Part shown: positions 9,251 to 18,914 of the stretch, piece by piece
How the letters are laid out: each line of letters starts with the position of its first letter
Numbering within the stretch: position 1 is the first letter of the stretch
Source: a virus
Lineage: Duplodnaviria; Caudoviricetes
IMG/VR virus record: IMGVR_UViG_2816332575_000002
Span: 1-64,000 of that record
Length of the DNA stretch: 64,000 nucleotides
Reading direction: 5' to 3' (one strand)
The notes under the pieces: generated by a model
Databases searched by the model: none
The model's input: the letters and a program-made list of their open reading frames with translations, nothing else
Told to the model about the DNA's origin: nothing
Program-made: the position numbers and the translations under genes

Positions 9251-10129
9251 CTACTCGTAGATGCGGGTCTGAAGCTTGATGCGGCTGATGGCGCCGAACG
9301 CATCGCAGATGGCGCCGGTGGTCTCCGCCCACCCCCGCAAGCCCGGTACGTAGAGGACTTCGCTGATCCCGCCCTCGGGGGTGTAGAGGATGACCAGCTC
9401 GCGGGCGGAAACGTCCGCGTGGCCGGGCGTCCAGGTGGCGAAGTACGGCGATCCGTACTGATTGACTCTCCCGTGAAAACGGAAGACGGCCTGGTTGTAG
9501 GGGTCGAGGTCGGGGTTGACGAGGACCGGTTCGGGGCGGCCACGGTTGGGCAGCTTTACGGCTCCGAACCGGCGGTCGAGCAGGCTGTGCTGTACGGCGT
9601 ACTCGCGATCCCGGAAGGTGAAGTACGCGCCGTACGTCGCCTCGCCGACCACCCGCCAGTCCTCGATGTGCATGCCGAGATAGTCGACGGCGTAGTCCCG
9701 CCACAGACGTGCGGACTCCAGGGCCCATTCCTCGGTAGAGGCACCGTCGAACTCGCGCGGCTTGAGCAGCACGGTGATGGATTCCGGGCGTCCCTTGCAT
9801 CCGTTCGTCTGGAATCGGAACCACAGCAGGCTGCCGGCCGTGCCGCAGTCGTAGCACCGGGCTTCATGCTCGGGGTCCTTGACCAGGCGGTGCCCCTCGA
9901 TGATGCCGATGAACGCGCTCTCCGACATGTGTACGTGGAAACGCACGAGCCGGGCCCTGAACGCTGGGCGCCGGGCGTAGGACTCGCCGCAGGGCTTGCA
10001 CACCGGGTCGCGGAACGGCTCCCGGGACTCCTCGTCGGTGCGGATCGATCCGATCAGCAAGTGCGTCGCGGTGCCCTGGCACGGTTCGTCGCCGGGGCCG
10101 ACGGTGGACTGAACGGTGGAACAGCGCAT
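9251..10129 (-). CDS. hypothetical protein with Cys motifs
   Basis: GC3-biased ORF with CKPC and CYDC motifs. Confidence 0.6.
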   Translation of the reverse strand: MRCSTVQSTVGPGDEPCQGTATHLLIGSIRTDEESREPFRDPVCKPCGESYARRPAFRARLVRFHVHMSESAFIGIIEGHRLVKDPEHEARCYDCGTAGSLLWFRFQTNGCKGRPESITVLLKPREFDGASTEEWALESARLWRDYAVDYLGMHIEDWRVVGEATYGAYFTFRDREYAVQHSLLDRRFGAVKLPNRGRPEPVLVNPDLDPYNQAVFRFHGRVNQYGSPYFATWTPGHADVSARELVILYTPEGGISEVLYVPGLRGWAETTGAICDAFGAISRIKLQTRIYE

Positions 10130-10389
10130 GTTGATGTCTCCCAGGGGCAGGAATATCGGGGTGTCGGAAATTGCCGTTGCGTCCGTTCCCAGTCGAGGTC
10201 TTCGACGCTGTGCCAGGTACGGGAAGTCAGTGCCGGGTCGAGGCTCGGCTGGACGTCCCACGTGATGTAGACGTTCAGGTCGGATATGCCGCGTCCGGTG
10301 ATTGCACCCTTGGCGCCTTTGGAATGCGGCGAGCTGGAAACGACCCGTCGATCCCAGGGGAAGTTGTCCGGATCGATTGTGATGCTCAT
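10054..10389 (-). CDS. hypothetical protein
   Basis: start overlaps stop of 10386 gene; 3' end overlaps the next gene. Confidence 0.4.
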   Translation of the reverse strand: MSITIDPDNFPWDRRVVSSSPHSKGAKGAITGRGISDLNVYITWDVQPSLDPALTSRTWHSVEDLDWERTQRQFPTPRYSCPWETSTCAVPPFSPPSAPATNRARAPRRTC

Positions 10390-11009
10390 GCGGCGGCATC
10401 CAGCCAGTAGGTGTTGTAGCCGTACTCAAACCGGATGGGACCGGTCGCCTGGATCACCAGCTCGACCGCGCCGTGCCGATCGACGGTGACGCCTCGGGTC
10501 AAATGCGCCTTCGCGTTCAACTCGGTGCGGCGCAGGAAGCCCAGCAGCGCGTACTTCGCCTCGTGGAACGGCAACAGGATGGTGTGGCCGCCGCCCGGAT
10601 TTCGGTGGCCAGCGTCGGACTCGCGCCAGCCGGCCGCGAGGTGCGGTGCGCCGGGGATCTCAGGACCGGCCAGATGCCGGTCGATCGCCTCACCCACACA
10701 CTGCTCGAAAATGCGGTCCCAGACGAACGTGTCGTGGGACATCTCGACATACGCCTTCAGCGCGGCGTCGGCATTGTCCGTGGACCTGGGGCTGGCGAAG
10801 CGCTTGGAGTAGTCCCACGCTCCGCAGATGAAACCATCGTTCATGCTCTGTCCTGGGTACATGCGGCCGACGATCCACTCAGTGGTCCCGGTGTGGTCGT
10901 TCTTGCGGGTGCCGAGAAACTGGCCGTAGTACCTATCGTCGTAGTGCTTCTGTCGGGCCTGGTGGACGACCGTCCAGCCTTCAACCCCGATGGTGTCGCC
11001 GACCCTCAT
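10386..11009 (-). CDS. hypothetical protein
   Basis: ATGA coupling with 11006..11650; GGAGG RBS. Confidence 0.62.
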   Translation of the reverse strand: MRVGDTIGVEGWTVVHQARQKHYDDRYYGQFLGTRKNDHTGTTEWIVGRMYPGQSMNDGFICGAWDYSKRFASPRSTDNADAALKAYVEMSHDTFVWDRIFEQCVGEAIDRHLAGPEIPGAPHLAAGWRESDAGHRNPGGGHTILLPFHEAKYALLGFLRRTELNAKAHLTRGVTVDRHGAVELVIQATGPIRFEYGYNTYWLDAAA

Positions 11010-11650
11010 ACGGTGCCCTCCGTGAGCGTGGGGTTGAGCTGGGCGTGCTCGGTCATGAAGCTGGTGCCGCACGGCTCACACACCGGCTTTGGAATCCTGC
11101 CGATCACCAGCGGGTCGCAGGGGTCGGTCTCCAGCTTGTGCGTGGCCCAGTCGAAGCAGCCGATCGCAGAGCACCGCGGCGCAGTCAGTTCCCGCACCTG
11201 CCGGGTGGCGTAGCTGATGCTGACCCGCACGAGTCGGCCCCCGCGGGTGGGCTGACAGATCAGGCGGCCGGTGGCGTAACCGATGTCGCCGTACTCCTGG
11301 TCGACCTGCTCGTAACCGAGCACGCGGTGGTGGTGGCCAAGGAGGCGGAATAGGGTGCCGGGCTCGATACCGCAGGCACTCGTCCAACAGTCGGTGGCGT
11401 AGTAGGCCACCGTCCGGTCCGGGATCTCCCGCGGCGAGCGGTATGTGCCCTCGATACCGGCGCCGGCGACCAGGTTGGAGACATCGCCCAGAAGTCGACC
11501 GGCGGCGTCGATGACCTCCACGGCGTACGGCATTTTGCGGCACGCGCGGATTTCGGCTGCGTCCTCGGGGTCGAACTCCCACCAGGGCATGGCGTCCGGC
11601 TCGTCCGGGCGCATGATGCGGACTCGGATTTCAGGCAGCGAGCTGCGCAT
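11006..11650 (-). CDS. hypothetical protein
   Basis: AAGGAG RBS; C-terminal CxxxxC...CEPC. Confidence 0.62.
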   Translation of the reverse strand: MRSSLPEIRVRIMRPDEPDAMPWWEFDPEDAAEIRACRKMPYAVEVIDAAGRLLGDVSNLVAGAGIEGTYRSPREIPDRTVAYYATDCWTSACGIEPGTLFRLLGHHHRVLGYEQVDQEYGDIGYATGRLICQPTRGGRLVRVSISYATRQVRELTAPRCSAIGCFDWATHKLETDPCDPLVIGRIPKPVCEPCGTSFMTEHAQLNPTLTEGTV

Positions 11651-11993
11651 TCTGCTTCTCCTTGATCAGACTCACGGCCGGGTAGTCGTAGGTGTCGGCC
11701 GGGTTGCGGTACTTGGAGCGCTTCTGCTCGATCTTTGCGATGCGACCTGACCAGGCCCCGACGTGGCGCAGGCAGAAGAGGTATCGGGTGAGGGACTCCC
11801 AGTTGTGCGGGTCGATCGTCGGGCTCAATGCCTGCCAGTAGAGGCGCCACAGTCGGGCCAGTTCCTCGCACTGGGACCAGCCGTGCGACAGGTGGATGTG
11901 GCCGCCGGGGAAGTGCACGTAAATCCGGCACCCACAATTCAGCGCGTAGGTTCCGGTCTGGAACCCGAGCCTGTCAGCCTTGATGTCACCCAC
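11631..11993 (-). CDS. hypothetical protein
   Basis: GTG start after GAGGAG; overlaps both neighbours. Confidence 0.55.
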   Translation of the reverse strand: MGDIKADRLGFQTGTYALNCGCRIYVHFPGGHIHLSHGWSQCEELARLWRLYWQALSPTIDPHNWESLTRYLFCLRHVGAWSGRIAKIEQKRSKYRNPADTYDYPAVSLIKEKQNAQLAA

Positions 11994-12807
11994 GCTGGCT
12001 CTCCTCTTTGCTCGTTTCGATGAATTCGGGCTCGTCACCCTCGGGCAGGTATCCGCTTCCGACGACGTCCGTCCAGGAGTAGCCGCCTGGCCCCCGGGCG
12101 GTGTCGATGAAGAGACGGTCCGGGTTGAAGGGCAGACGTAGGCTGCCGCGCACGCGTACCGAGTGACCGGACCCGTTGAGCTGGTCAAGCACGAGCAGCT
12201 CCGGGTCGGTCCACTGCACCGTGATCTCAGGCGCTTCGGTCCACGACAGCTTGCGGACGGCCTCGTAGACCGGCTTGATGTCGCCGCGCCACAGGACGTA
12301 CAGGTCACCGCCGTAGCTGGCGTGTGCGACCAGTTCCCTCAGTGCGCCGACGTTGTCCCAGAAGTCGATGCCGGCCGCGGTGCCGAGCGTTCGTGCTGCG
12401 TCCTCGGTCTCCTTCTCGGAGAAACGCCACGGATCCGGTGCCGCCTCGGCGTCGAGCCGGTAGCGGAAGAGTTTCGATCCGGTCCCGCGCATCAGCTCGC
12501 TGATCGGGTCTGACTCGTCGCGCTCTTCGATCGCTTGGACTATTCGATCCAGAACGTCGTGCTCCTCCAGGAAGTCCCGTGCATTCTGATCCAGCAGGTC
12601 ATGCAGCACATATTTCACGCCCTGCCATCGGTTCTCGTCCCACCAGTCCAGGTCCAACGCCTCCTCTCCGGCAAACAGCTTCCGAATCTGTTCGTCTGTG
12701 AGGCAGTCACCGCGCTCGATGTGGACCAGTACGTATTTCTCATCGAGGCGCGATATCACCAGATCCGCCGCAGCCTGCGCGAGATCGGGTAACAGGATGT
12801 CGGTCAC
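11986..12807 (-). CDS. hypothetical protein
   Basis: 273-aa acidic ORF with RBS; TTA at codon 6. Confidence 0.65.
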   Translation of the reverse strand: MTDILLPDLAQAAADLVISRLDEKYVLVHIERGDCLTDEQIRKLFAGEEALDLDWWDENRWQGVKYVLHDLLDQNARDFLEEHDVLDRIVQAIEERDESDPISELMRGTGSKLFRYRLDAEAAPDPWRFSEKETEDAARTLGTAAGIDFWDNVGALRELVAHASYGGDLYVLWRGDIKPVYEAVRKLSWTEAPEITVQWTDPELLVLDQLNGSGHSVRVRGSLRLPFNPDRLFIDTARGPGGYSWTDVVGSGYLPEGDEPEFIETSKEESQRG

Positions 12808-12844
12808 ATACTTCCCTCTCTGTTTTCAGGGCCGAAATGTTTAG

Positions 12845-12914
12845 TGCCCGGTGCGGGAATCGAACCCGCTGGATACTGCATGGGGGAACAGCACCCACTA
12901 CTCGTCGACCGGGC
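12845..12914 (-). ncRNA. tRNA-like element (acceptor stem + T arm, no D stem)
   Basis: 7-bp stem GCCCGGU/ACCGGGC plus A; T arm GCGGG-UUCGAUU-CCCGC; 8-bp central stem with 10-nt loop; intergenic. Confidence 0.65.
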
Positions 12915-12921
12915 GTGCCTT

Positions 12922-13602
12922 TCAGATTTCCCAGCCGATTTGGCCCTTCACCTGGGCCTGATGCGAGTGCTTGCTGTCGGCTGGCACGGTCGTGCCGCAG
13001 GTGTCACAGACGAACAGGTGCTTCTCCCATGGCTGTTCGCAGTAGAAGCACGATTCGTTGTCGTACCTAGGCGTGGGCGACAGCACGATGCGCTGCGGGT
13101 TTCCCTCGGCGTGCACGGTGGCGTAGTCGTGCGGGAACATCGCGGCGGCCTGGCGGACGTTGTCCTCCGTGATGAACTCCGGGTGCGAGAGCCCCCACCG
13201 CCGCAGTTCGCCGGCGATCTGCTTGGCCAGGGCTCGGGGCAACTCGTGCTCGCCGCGGACCCACCCGGTCAGCACGGCCTCGCTTGGCGACTTCTCACCG
13301 AGGACCAGCCACTTCCCGCACTTGTAGCCGGTGCACCGCTCGTCAGAGATGACCCTAAGCTCTCCGTCCGGCAGCTCGGTCAGCTCGGTCTCGCACATCT
13401 CCTCCATGACCGGCTTGGGGAAGTCGCCGGAGTCGTAGGAGCGCTCGTCGTCGAAATCGATGCCGAGGTTCTTCGCCGCGCGACGGACCGCGTCCTCGTG
13501 CGGCTTACCCCGCTGCACCTTGATGCCGTTCGCGCGCATCGCTTTCAGCGTGCAGCTCGGGCACAGGTTCTCGGCTTGGTAGCTGTAGCCGACGATGCTC
13601 AT
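12922..13602 (-). CDS. Cys-rich hypothetical protein
   Basis: CPSC, CFYC and CDTC motifs; SYDSGDFPK. Confidence 0.65.
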   Translation of the reverse strand: MSIVGYSYQAENLCPSCTLKAMRANGIKVQRGKPHEDAVRRAAKNLGIDFDDERSYDSGDFPKPVMEEMCETELTELPDGELRVISDERCTGYKCGKWLVLGEKSPSEAVLTGWVRGEHELPRALAKQIAGELRRWGLSHPEFITEDNVRQAAAMFPHDYATVHAEGNPQRIVLSPTPRYDNESCFYCEQPWEKHLFVCDTCGTTVPADSKHSHQAQVKGQIGWEI

Positions 13603-13603
13603 C

Positions 13604-13942
13604 TCAATCCCGCTTGCTCTCGTTGGCCGGCGCGGCTGCTGTGCCGCCCGCGCGGGGCAGAGGAAGGTTCAGTCGCGCAGCCTCGCGCTCGGCCAACGCC
13701 ACTCCGGACGCGTACTTGCCGTCCTCCCAGGTGCGCGGGTCCACGTGCTCCTTGAGCGTGTGCAGAGAACCGTGTTCCTGGGTCAGGGCGAACGGCCAGG
13801 TGTGCGCGATGCCGATCACCTGCTCGCGCTCGATCACCAGTACGTCACCGTCACGGATCTCATCGCGGCACTGGACGGCGCCGTACGCTTCGCCTGTGCT
13901 GTAGAAGGTCCACACCTTCGGCTCGTTGTTCTCGCTGCTCAT
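13604..13942 (-). CDS. hypothetical protein
   Basis: 112-aa GC3-biased ORF. Confidence 0.6.
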   Translation of the reverse strand: MSSENNEPKVWTFYSTGEAYGAVQCRDEIRDGDVLVIEREQVIGIAHTWPFALTQEHGSLHTLKEHVDPRTWEDGKYASGVALAEREAARLNLPLPRAGGTAAAPANESKRD

Positions 13943-14027
13943 CAGTACGCCCCAATTCCAGATTCTTGTTCGTGCACTTCAGGCAGAGGTGCTGGCCGTC
14001 TTCGTCCTCTAAAAGTGCGTGGGGTAT

Positions 14028-14597
14028 TCAAGCCCAGTCGCCTGGAGTGAGTTCCGTGCCGACCTCGACGTCGTATGACGACCAGCGGACTACCGTGTCA
14101 CGGTCGCCGACGATGTTGTAGAGGCTCTGCTTTCGCCGACCGCTATCCGGGTACTCGTGGTACTCCTCGGCGTACTCACGAGCCATTTCGATGGCGGGGA
14201 ACGGAATCTCGACTGGTCGGCCGTGCTCATGGTGTGAGGTCGAAGTTCCGACGATCGGCATGATGCGAAACCGCTCACCTTCCGGTGGCATCTGACCTTC
14301 GAAGAGCCAACCATCGGTCGTGTACCAACCACTGCCGGCCTTGCCGTAGTACTCCTCTTCAGCCGCCGCGCGTGTTTCATACGTGGTGAGCGTCGCCTTA
14401 CGCCACTCGCGCTTGGGGTGGCGGCAGGAGTCCGACCAGCCGGGGGTGCGCACGTAGTACGGCTTCGACCGCGGCACATAACCGGGCTCTGTCTTCTCGC
14501 AGCACGGCTCCAGGATGCAGACCGTGAATAACGACGGTCGACTCATTCGTCCCTCGACGTCCTCGTAGAGTTGTGTACTGTCGTTCCGCTCAGTCAT
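14028..14597 (-). CDS. hypothetical protein
   Basis: AAAGGA RBS directly downstream of repeat copy 1. Confidence 0.6.
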   Translation of the reverse strand: MTERNDSTQLYEDVEGRMSRPSLFTVCILEPCCEKTEPGYVPRSKPYYVRTPGWSDSCRHPKREWRKATLTTYETRAAAEEEYYGKAGSGWYTTDGWLFEGQMPPEGERFRIMPIVGTSTSHHEHGRPVEIPFPAIEMAREYAEEYHEYPDSGRRKQSLYNIVGDRDTVVRWSSYDVEVGTELTPGDWA

Positions 14598-14619
14598 ACG
14601 TGTTCCTTTGCTCGCTGAC

Positions 14620-14783
14620 GGACACTAGCCGTCGAGATCAGGGAGCGCACTAAGGGAGCAACCAATTCCTACTAGTTGCTCCCCAAGCGCTTCTGGGCAT
14701 GAAAAACCCCGGCTGTTGAGACCGGGGCGATGTCGTACCTATGCGTAGCTGTAGCGCAGGCGAGCGTCAGATATCTCGAATAT
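14620..14783. repeat. ~165-bp intergenic regulatory cassette, copy 1
   Basis: highly similar to 16223-16387; contains TAGGTACGAC, a terminator-like hairpin and a second hairpin. Confidence 0.85.
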
Positions 14784-14808
14784 CTGGTTCAGTCGCTGTG
14801 CCGGCTAT

Positions 14809-15597
14809 CTATGCCTTGGAGATCCAGTCGGAATGCCAGCGGTCCTCGCGCGTCCGGCCGTCGGGGAACTTGACCTCGACGCGCCACTCCCACGTCCACA
14901 GCGGCGGCAGCTCGTAGTGTCTCTGCATCGAACGCCGCTTCCACTCGACCGACGTCACCTCGGCCGTCCAGAGGCTGTAGCCGTCCGGCATGGCAGAGAC
15001 CGTGTCCCCGACCTGGACCGGCTGTCGTGTGGGCTTGGGCGCCTCATACGCACCGCGCTCCAACCAGTCCAGTACAGGCACCGGTTTGCCGGTCACGGCC
15101 TGAAGAAATACCTCGCGAACCGTGCGCGGGCCGTCGAGACCATGATTCAAGGTGCGCCGGGTGCGGGCGGCAACACGCAGCGGGTTGCCTGCCCGGTCGG
15201 GCACCTCATAGATCCAAACCTCGTCGTTCATGCTGTTTACGACCGTGCCGCGGATGCGAATGTTCGCCTCGGCTCCGGTCATGTTCTCTGTCGAGAAGGC
15301 ATCCTCTGCCGGTATCTCGAACCGTGTCACCTCGTGATCCACTGTCTTCCCCTTTCTATGAGAACTGGCGCGCACGGGTTGTCGTACGGGCCTTTCGGAA
15401 TGTCCCGGGGCGTCCGGATAATCTGGGCCGGTCCGGTGACCTTCGCAGTACGCGGTTGAAAGCCAACGCTTGATCGCCCAGCGCTCCCAGTCCTCCCACC
15501 AGGCAGCGAGCTTTCCGCAGCCCATCTGATAACAGAGGACTTCGCCGTTCGGTCCCCGGTTGGCGTGGACCACGTGGCTTTTCGTCGGTCGCCCCAC
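14809..15597 (-). CDS. hypothetical protein (possible internal start at 15342)
   Basis: 262-aa ORF; internal RBS and GTG at 15342. Confidence 0.55.
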   Translation of the reverse strand: MGRPTKSHVVHANRGPNGEVLCYQMGCGKLAAWWEDWERWAIKRWLSTAYCEGHRTGPDYPDAPGHSERPVRQPVRASSHRKGKTVDHEVTRFEIPAEDAFSTENMTGAEANIRIRGTVVNSMNDEVWIYEVPDRAGNPLRVAARTRRTLNHGLDGPRTVREVFLQAVTGKPVPVLDWLERGAYEAPKPTRQPVQVGDTVSAMPDGYSLWTAEVTSVEWKRRSMQRHYELPPLWTWEWRVEVKFPDGRTREDRWHSDWISKA

Positions 15598-15600
15598 GGA

Positions 15601-16122
15601 TCAGGCGGCCTTGAGTCGGCAGTTCTCCAGGTCGTCCATCGAGCTGACGTGCCACGGCGCGGCGACGTAGCCGGGCAGCCTGCGGACGGCCGCACCCTGG
15701 AGCGCCATGCAGTAGCGATACGCCTCGGACTTCTCCCACTCCGGGTGCTCGCAGGACTGGTATTCGTAGCAGGACAGTGCCGAGAGCACTGCCACCGGAT
15801 CGAACGACATGTGCAGCCTTCGGTAGACGTAGGGCTGCTCCCACTCCTTCTCGGCGTAGCGGTGATTGACCGAACGCCGGTTCTCCGCCCAGAGCATTGC
15901 GCCGACGTAGCCTGCTGACTTGTCGGTCAACTCCCGGAAGAGGTTCCCATAGGTGTTGATCGCACCATCGCCCCACGGAGCTCCCTCCTGGAACACCCCC
16001 TGCTTCTCCTCGTCCGTCAGCTCACGGACCAGCCAACGGAGCGAGTCGCCGGGGTGGACGAACTGGAGCCCAGCGTTGACCAGCAGGTCAATGTGCGTCT
16101 TGCCAACCTCGAATGCGGGCAC
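15601..16122 (-). CDS. hypothetical protein
   Basis: AGGAGG RBS; ENRRSVNHRY...CYEYQSCEHPEWEKSEA segment resembles phage/plasmid hypotheticals. Confidence 0.7.
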   Translation of the reverse strand: MPAFEVGKTHIDLLVNAGLQFVHPGDSLRWLVRELTDEEKQGVFQEGAPWGDGAINTYGNLFRELTDKSAGYVGAMLWAENRRSVNHRYAEKEWEQPYVYRRLHMSFDPVAVLSALSCYEYQSCEHPEWEKSEAYRYCMALQGAAVRRLPGYVAAPWHVSSMDDLENCRLKAA

Positions 16123-16222
16123 TTTCGCCTCCTAAATTGCACGGAAGATTGCGGTTGAATCCCTGCCGCCCCAGATGCCGGCCGATACGTAGTCCGCCCA
16201 TGCGCAGATCGCGCACAGCCAT

Positions 16223-16387
16223 GGACACTAGCCGTCGAGATCAGGCAGTGCACCAAGGGAGCAACCAATTCCTATTAGTTGCTCCCCAAAGCGCTTCTGG
16301 CATGAAAAAACCCCGGCTAGTGAAACCGGGGCGACGTCGTACCTAGGGATGGCTGTAGCTCAAGCGAGCGTCAGCTATTGCGATGAT
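16223..16387. repeat. ~165-bp intergenic regulatory cassette, copy 2
   Basis: highly similar to 14620-14783. Confidence 0.85.
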
Positions 16388-16420
16388 TTTCGGGACCAGG
16401 TACATGTAGCACCTAGCCGG

Positions 16421-16506
16421 CGGACCGGTGAGGAATCGAACCTCTACCCTCGTGACGACGGGCAACCGCTTCGGCCCAGCGCTTACGGCGCTACTCGTTC
16501 CAGACC
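16421..16506 (-). ncRNA. degenerate tRNA-like element
   Basis: T arm GAGG-UUCGAUU-CCUC; 3' strand CCGGUCC can pair with upstream GGUCUGG or GGGCCG; shares ACGAGUAG with the 12845 element. Confidence 0.5.
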
Positions 16507-16549
16507 TCACAGGGATAGCATCTCTGCTCCACATCCCTGATGTTCTTGG

Positions 16550-17194
16550 TCAGACTCCTCGGATGGTGTAGACGACCGCGGCGATGCGGATGTAGTTCTG
16601 GTCCAGGCCCTCATCATCCCGCAGTGCCTGAGCGCGAGTCTCCAGCTCGTCAGGGTCACCGTCGGAGTCGAGGCAACGCCAGGCCCCGGTTTCCGGCGCC
16701 CAGACGAGGAGCTGGTGGACTACGCCGGCCGCGTCAGCCTCACCAGGCTTGTGGTCCAGGACAATGTTCACCGCGTGGTCGTCCCGACTCTGATCGGTCC
16801 CAGCTCCCCGCTCGAAGCCCCCGACCGCCGTGTGCTGCCTTGCTATCGCCATAGGACAGCAGGTGGTGGTAGCAAGGCGGCACAGAGCATCGTCGGGGGC
16901 GTTGATCGCTGCCACGACGGCGCGGAGGGTGTTGGGGAAAGTGCGGTCGTATTTCGTCACTGCGAGACCCAGCGCGCGGGCAAGAGTGGCACCAAAGCGC
17001 ATATCGAACGCGTCGATCTGGTTGGCCGAACTGTCGAGGATGAAGACGTGAGACCATATCGGCGGTCGCAGTTGGTCAATCTGTTCCAGATATGGCACAG
17101 CCAGCTTCAAGATGCCTTCCCGTTCCAGCTGCGACTTGCCGGCCAGCGCGTGGAGGGCGTGCCGGATGTGTGCCTGGTTGGTGGTTCGGATCAT
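16550..17194 (-). CDS. hypothetical protein
   Basis: GGAGG RBS; 214 aa. Confidence 0.6.
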   Translation of the reverse strand: MIRTTNQAHIRHALHALAGKSQLEREGILKLAVPYLEQIDQLRPPIWSHVFILDSSANQIDAFDMRFGATLARALGLAVTKYDRTFPNTLRAVVAAINAPDDALCRLATTTCCPMAIARQHTAVGGFERGAGTDQSRDDHAVNIVLDHKPGEADAAGVVHQLLVWAPETGAWRCLDSDGDPDELETRAQALRDDEGLDQNYIRIAAVVYTIRGV

Positions 17195-17305
17195 TAGTCA
17201 GGTCCCTCCCGTGTCCAACCACCGGACCCTACTGTCCGTGCGGCTCGATTTGGGGGACGGACGACGCTTCCACATCGTCCGTCCGACCAGACAAACCCAC
17301 TCCAA

Positions 17306-17650
17306 TCAAATCGTGGTCATGAATGCGCTGACGGTAGCTATACAGGCCGCGATGTCCTCGGCAAGAGTCATACCGTCCGCGCCCTGGTAGATGAAGGTGC
17401 AGACCTCCGGAAGCTCAGGATCGGGCAGGTGGGCGATCACCAAGGGGCCAATGTGCTCATCGACGGGTTCATGCACGCTGAAATGCGGGTCGGTGACGTA
17501 GAGAACGCTGCCGTCGCTGAGATCGATGACCACGACGGAGTACAGAACGTCGGTGTAGTGAAGGCGGGGAGCGTATCCGGCCTCCTGAAATGCGCTGATA
17601 ATGGTGTCGGAGACACGGGACTTGTCATTGACGTTGTCTCGTTCGGACAT
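17306..17650 (-). CDS. hypothetical protein
   Basis: AGGAAGG RBS; 114 aa. Confidence 0.6.
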   Translation of the reverse strand: MSERDNVNDKSRVSDTIISAFQEAGYAPRLHYTDVLYSVVVIDLSDGSVLYVTDPHFSVHEPVDEHIGPLVIAHLPDPELPEVCTFIYQGADGMTLAEDIAACIATVSAFMTTI

Positions 17651-17652
17651 GA

Positions 17653-17895
17653 TCAGGCGTTGCCTTCCTTGCGAGGGTCGGATGCGTAGTAGGAGTAAAG
17701 GGCCGGCCCCGACGTCACACCGCAGATCATCCGCACCTCCATGCGGTCATGCAAGAAGGCGAAGCTGACGTTGAGGCCCCGCATGTACTCCTTGATGTCC
17801 GCAACTGTGACCGGGACCGTGAGGGAGTTGGTGATCGCTATCTTCGACGTAACGTGCGTCGTGGCGTAGCGGAATGTCGAAGGGAACATTTTCAC
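17653..17895 (-). CDS. hypothetical protein
   Basis: AAGGAG RBS; 80 aa. Confidence 0.55.
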   Translation of the reverse strand: MKMFPSTFRYATTHVTSKIAITNSLTVPVTVADIKEYMRGLNVSFAFLHDRMEVRMICGVTSGPALYSYYASDPRKEGNA

Positions 17896-17925
17896 TCCTT
17901 AGGGATAGGTGAATGGTTGGCTGAG

Positions 17926-17977
17926 TGCCCGGCGGCGGATTGCGCACCGCTACACCCTGTAAATCTCGGGCCGGGAC
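17926..17977 (-). ncRNA. minimal tRNA-like (acceptor + T-arm-like) element
   Basis: CCCGGC/GCCGGG stem; GCGG-UGCGCAAU-CCGC arm; ends GGGCACU like the 12845 element. Confidence 0.35.
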
Positions 17978-18914
17978 CAAAGTGCAAGGCGTGCTTGACC
18001 TCTCTGTTCTTATGGGAAGGGTCATCGATCAAGACACGCATGTGCAGGTGGGTTGGTGCCCAGACAAGTTGCGTCGCGGAAGACTCCCGTAGTCCGCCCT
18101 GCACTTCGTTCTCGTGCCGTCCAGTCCTCCCAGCCCGCTAAGCCTGGGGAGTACGGAATCTCAGGTAACCCGGCCGTCGCCCATACACGCCCCGAATGCT
18201 GACGCGCGGTACTTCCCGGACCCTTGAAACGCTCTAGGACCTTATACACGTTTTATTTTTCGACGGTTGCTGTACACCTACCCCTGCCCTATTACCCATC
18301 GGGTTTCGAGCGCTAGGGGCGGCTATGCGTGCTCGCTTACTCCGGCTCAGGCTGAAATTTGGTTGCCTTACCTTCGTCGCTCGCGGCACGTTTCCACCGT
18401 CGGCAGTTCCGTTTGTCATCACGGAACAGACTTTCTCTGTTAAGCGTCAGTAGTAACGTCTCACGACGGACCACGGACTATGTCAAGTAACAGCGCCATG
18501 CGTCATATCCGCAGCACGTCAGCTTTTGCCTATCGAGCGCGCTAGGTACAAAGGTGGCCTAGCTACGTCTAGCCGATAGGGACGGATAGCCTGATCCGTC
18601 GTGGTCCCACTGATCACGGATTCATGCTTCGCATTTCCCAGAACTGCACAGTACGCACCGCATGACTACGAGGGCGACTTACTTAACCCCTACTCACGAT
18701 GCGCCATGTCCTTTCGGACTCTGGAATACACGCATGGTTCCCGAAGGAACAGCGTTCCGAAATAACGCCATGGATGTGCCCGATATCGCTGGACACGGTT
18801 TGCCTTTGGTGCACCCAAAAGTACGGGCGCAAGTAGGCGTCATTCCGGCACGCTGTTGAGTTCTCAAAGTCCCGCCTTGGGTCAAGCCCTTGACGGCTAA
18901 CGCTGACCAGGCTA

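Noticed and set aside
12845-12914. Canonical functional tRNA gene
   Set aside because: No D stem, a 10-nt central loop and CUA instead of CCA; kept only as tRNA-like
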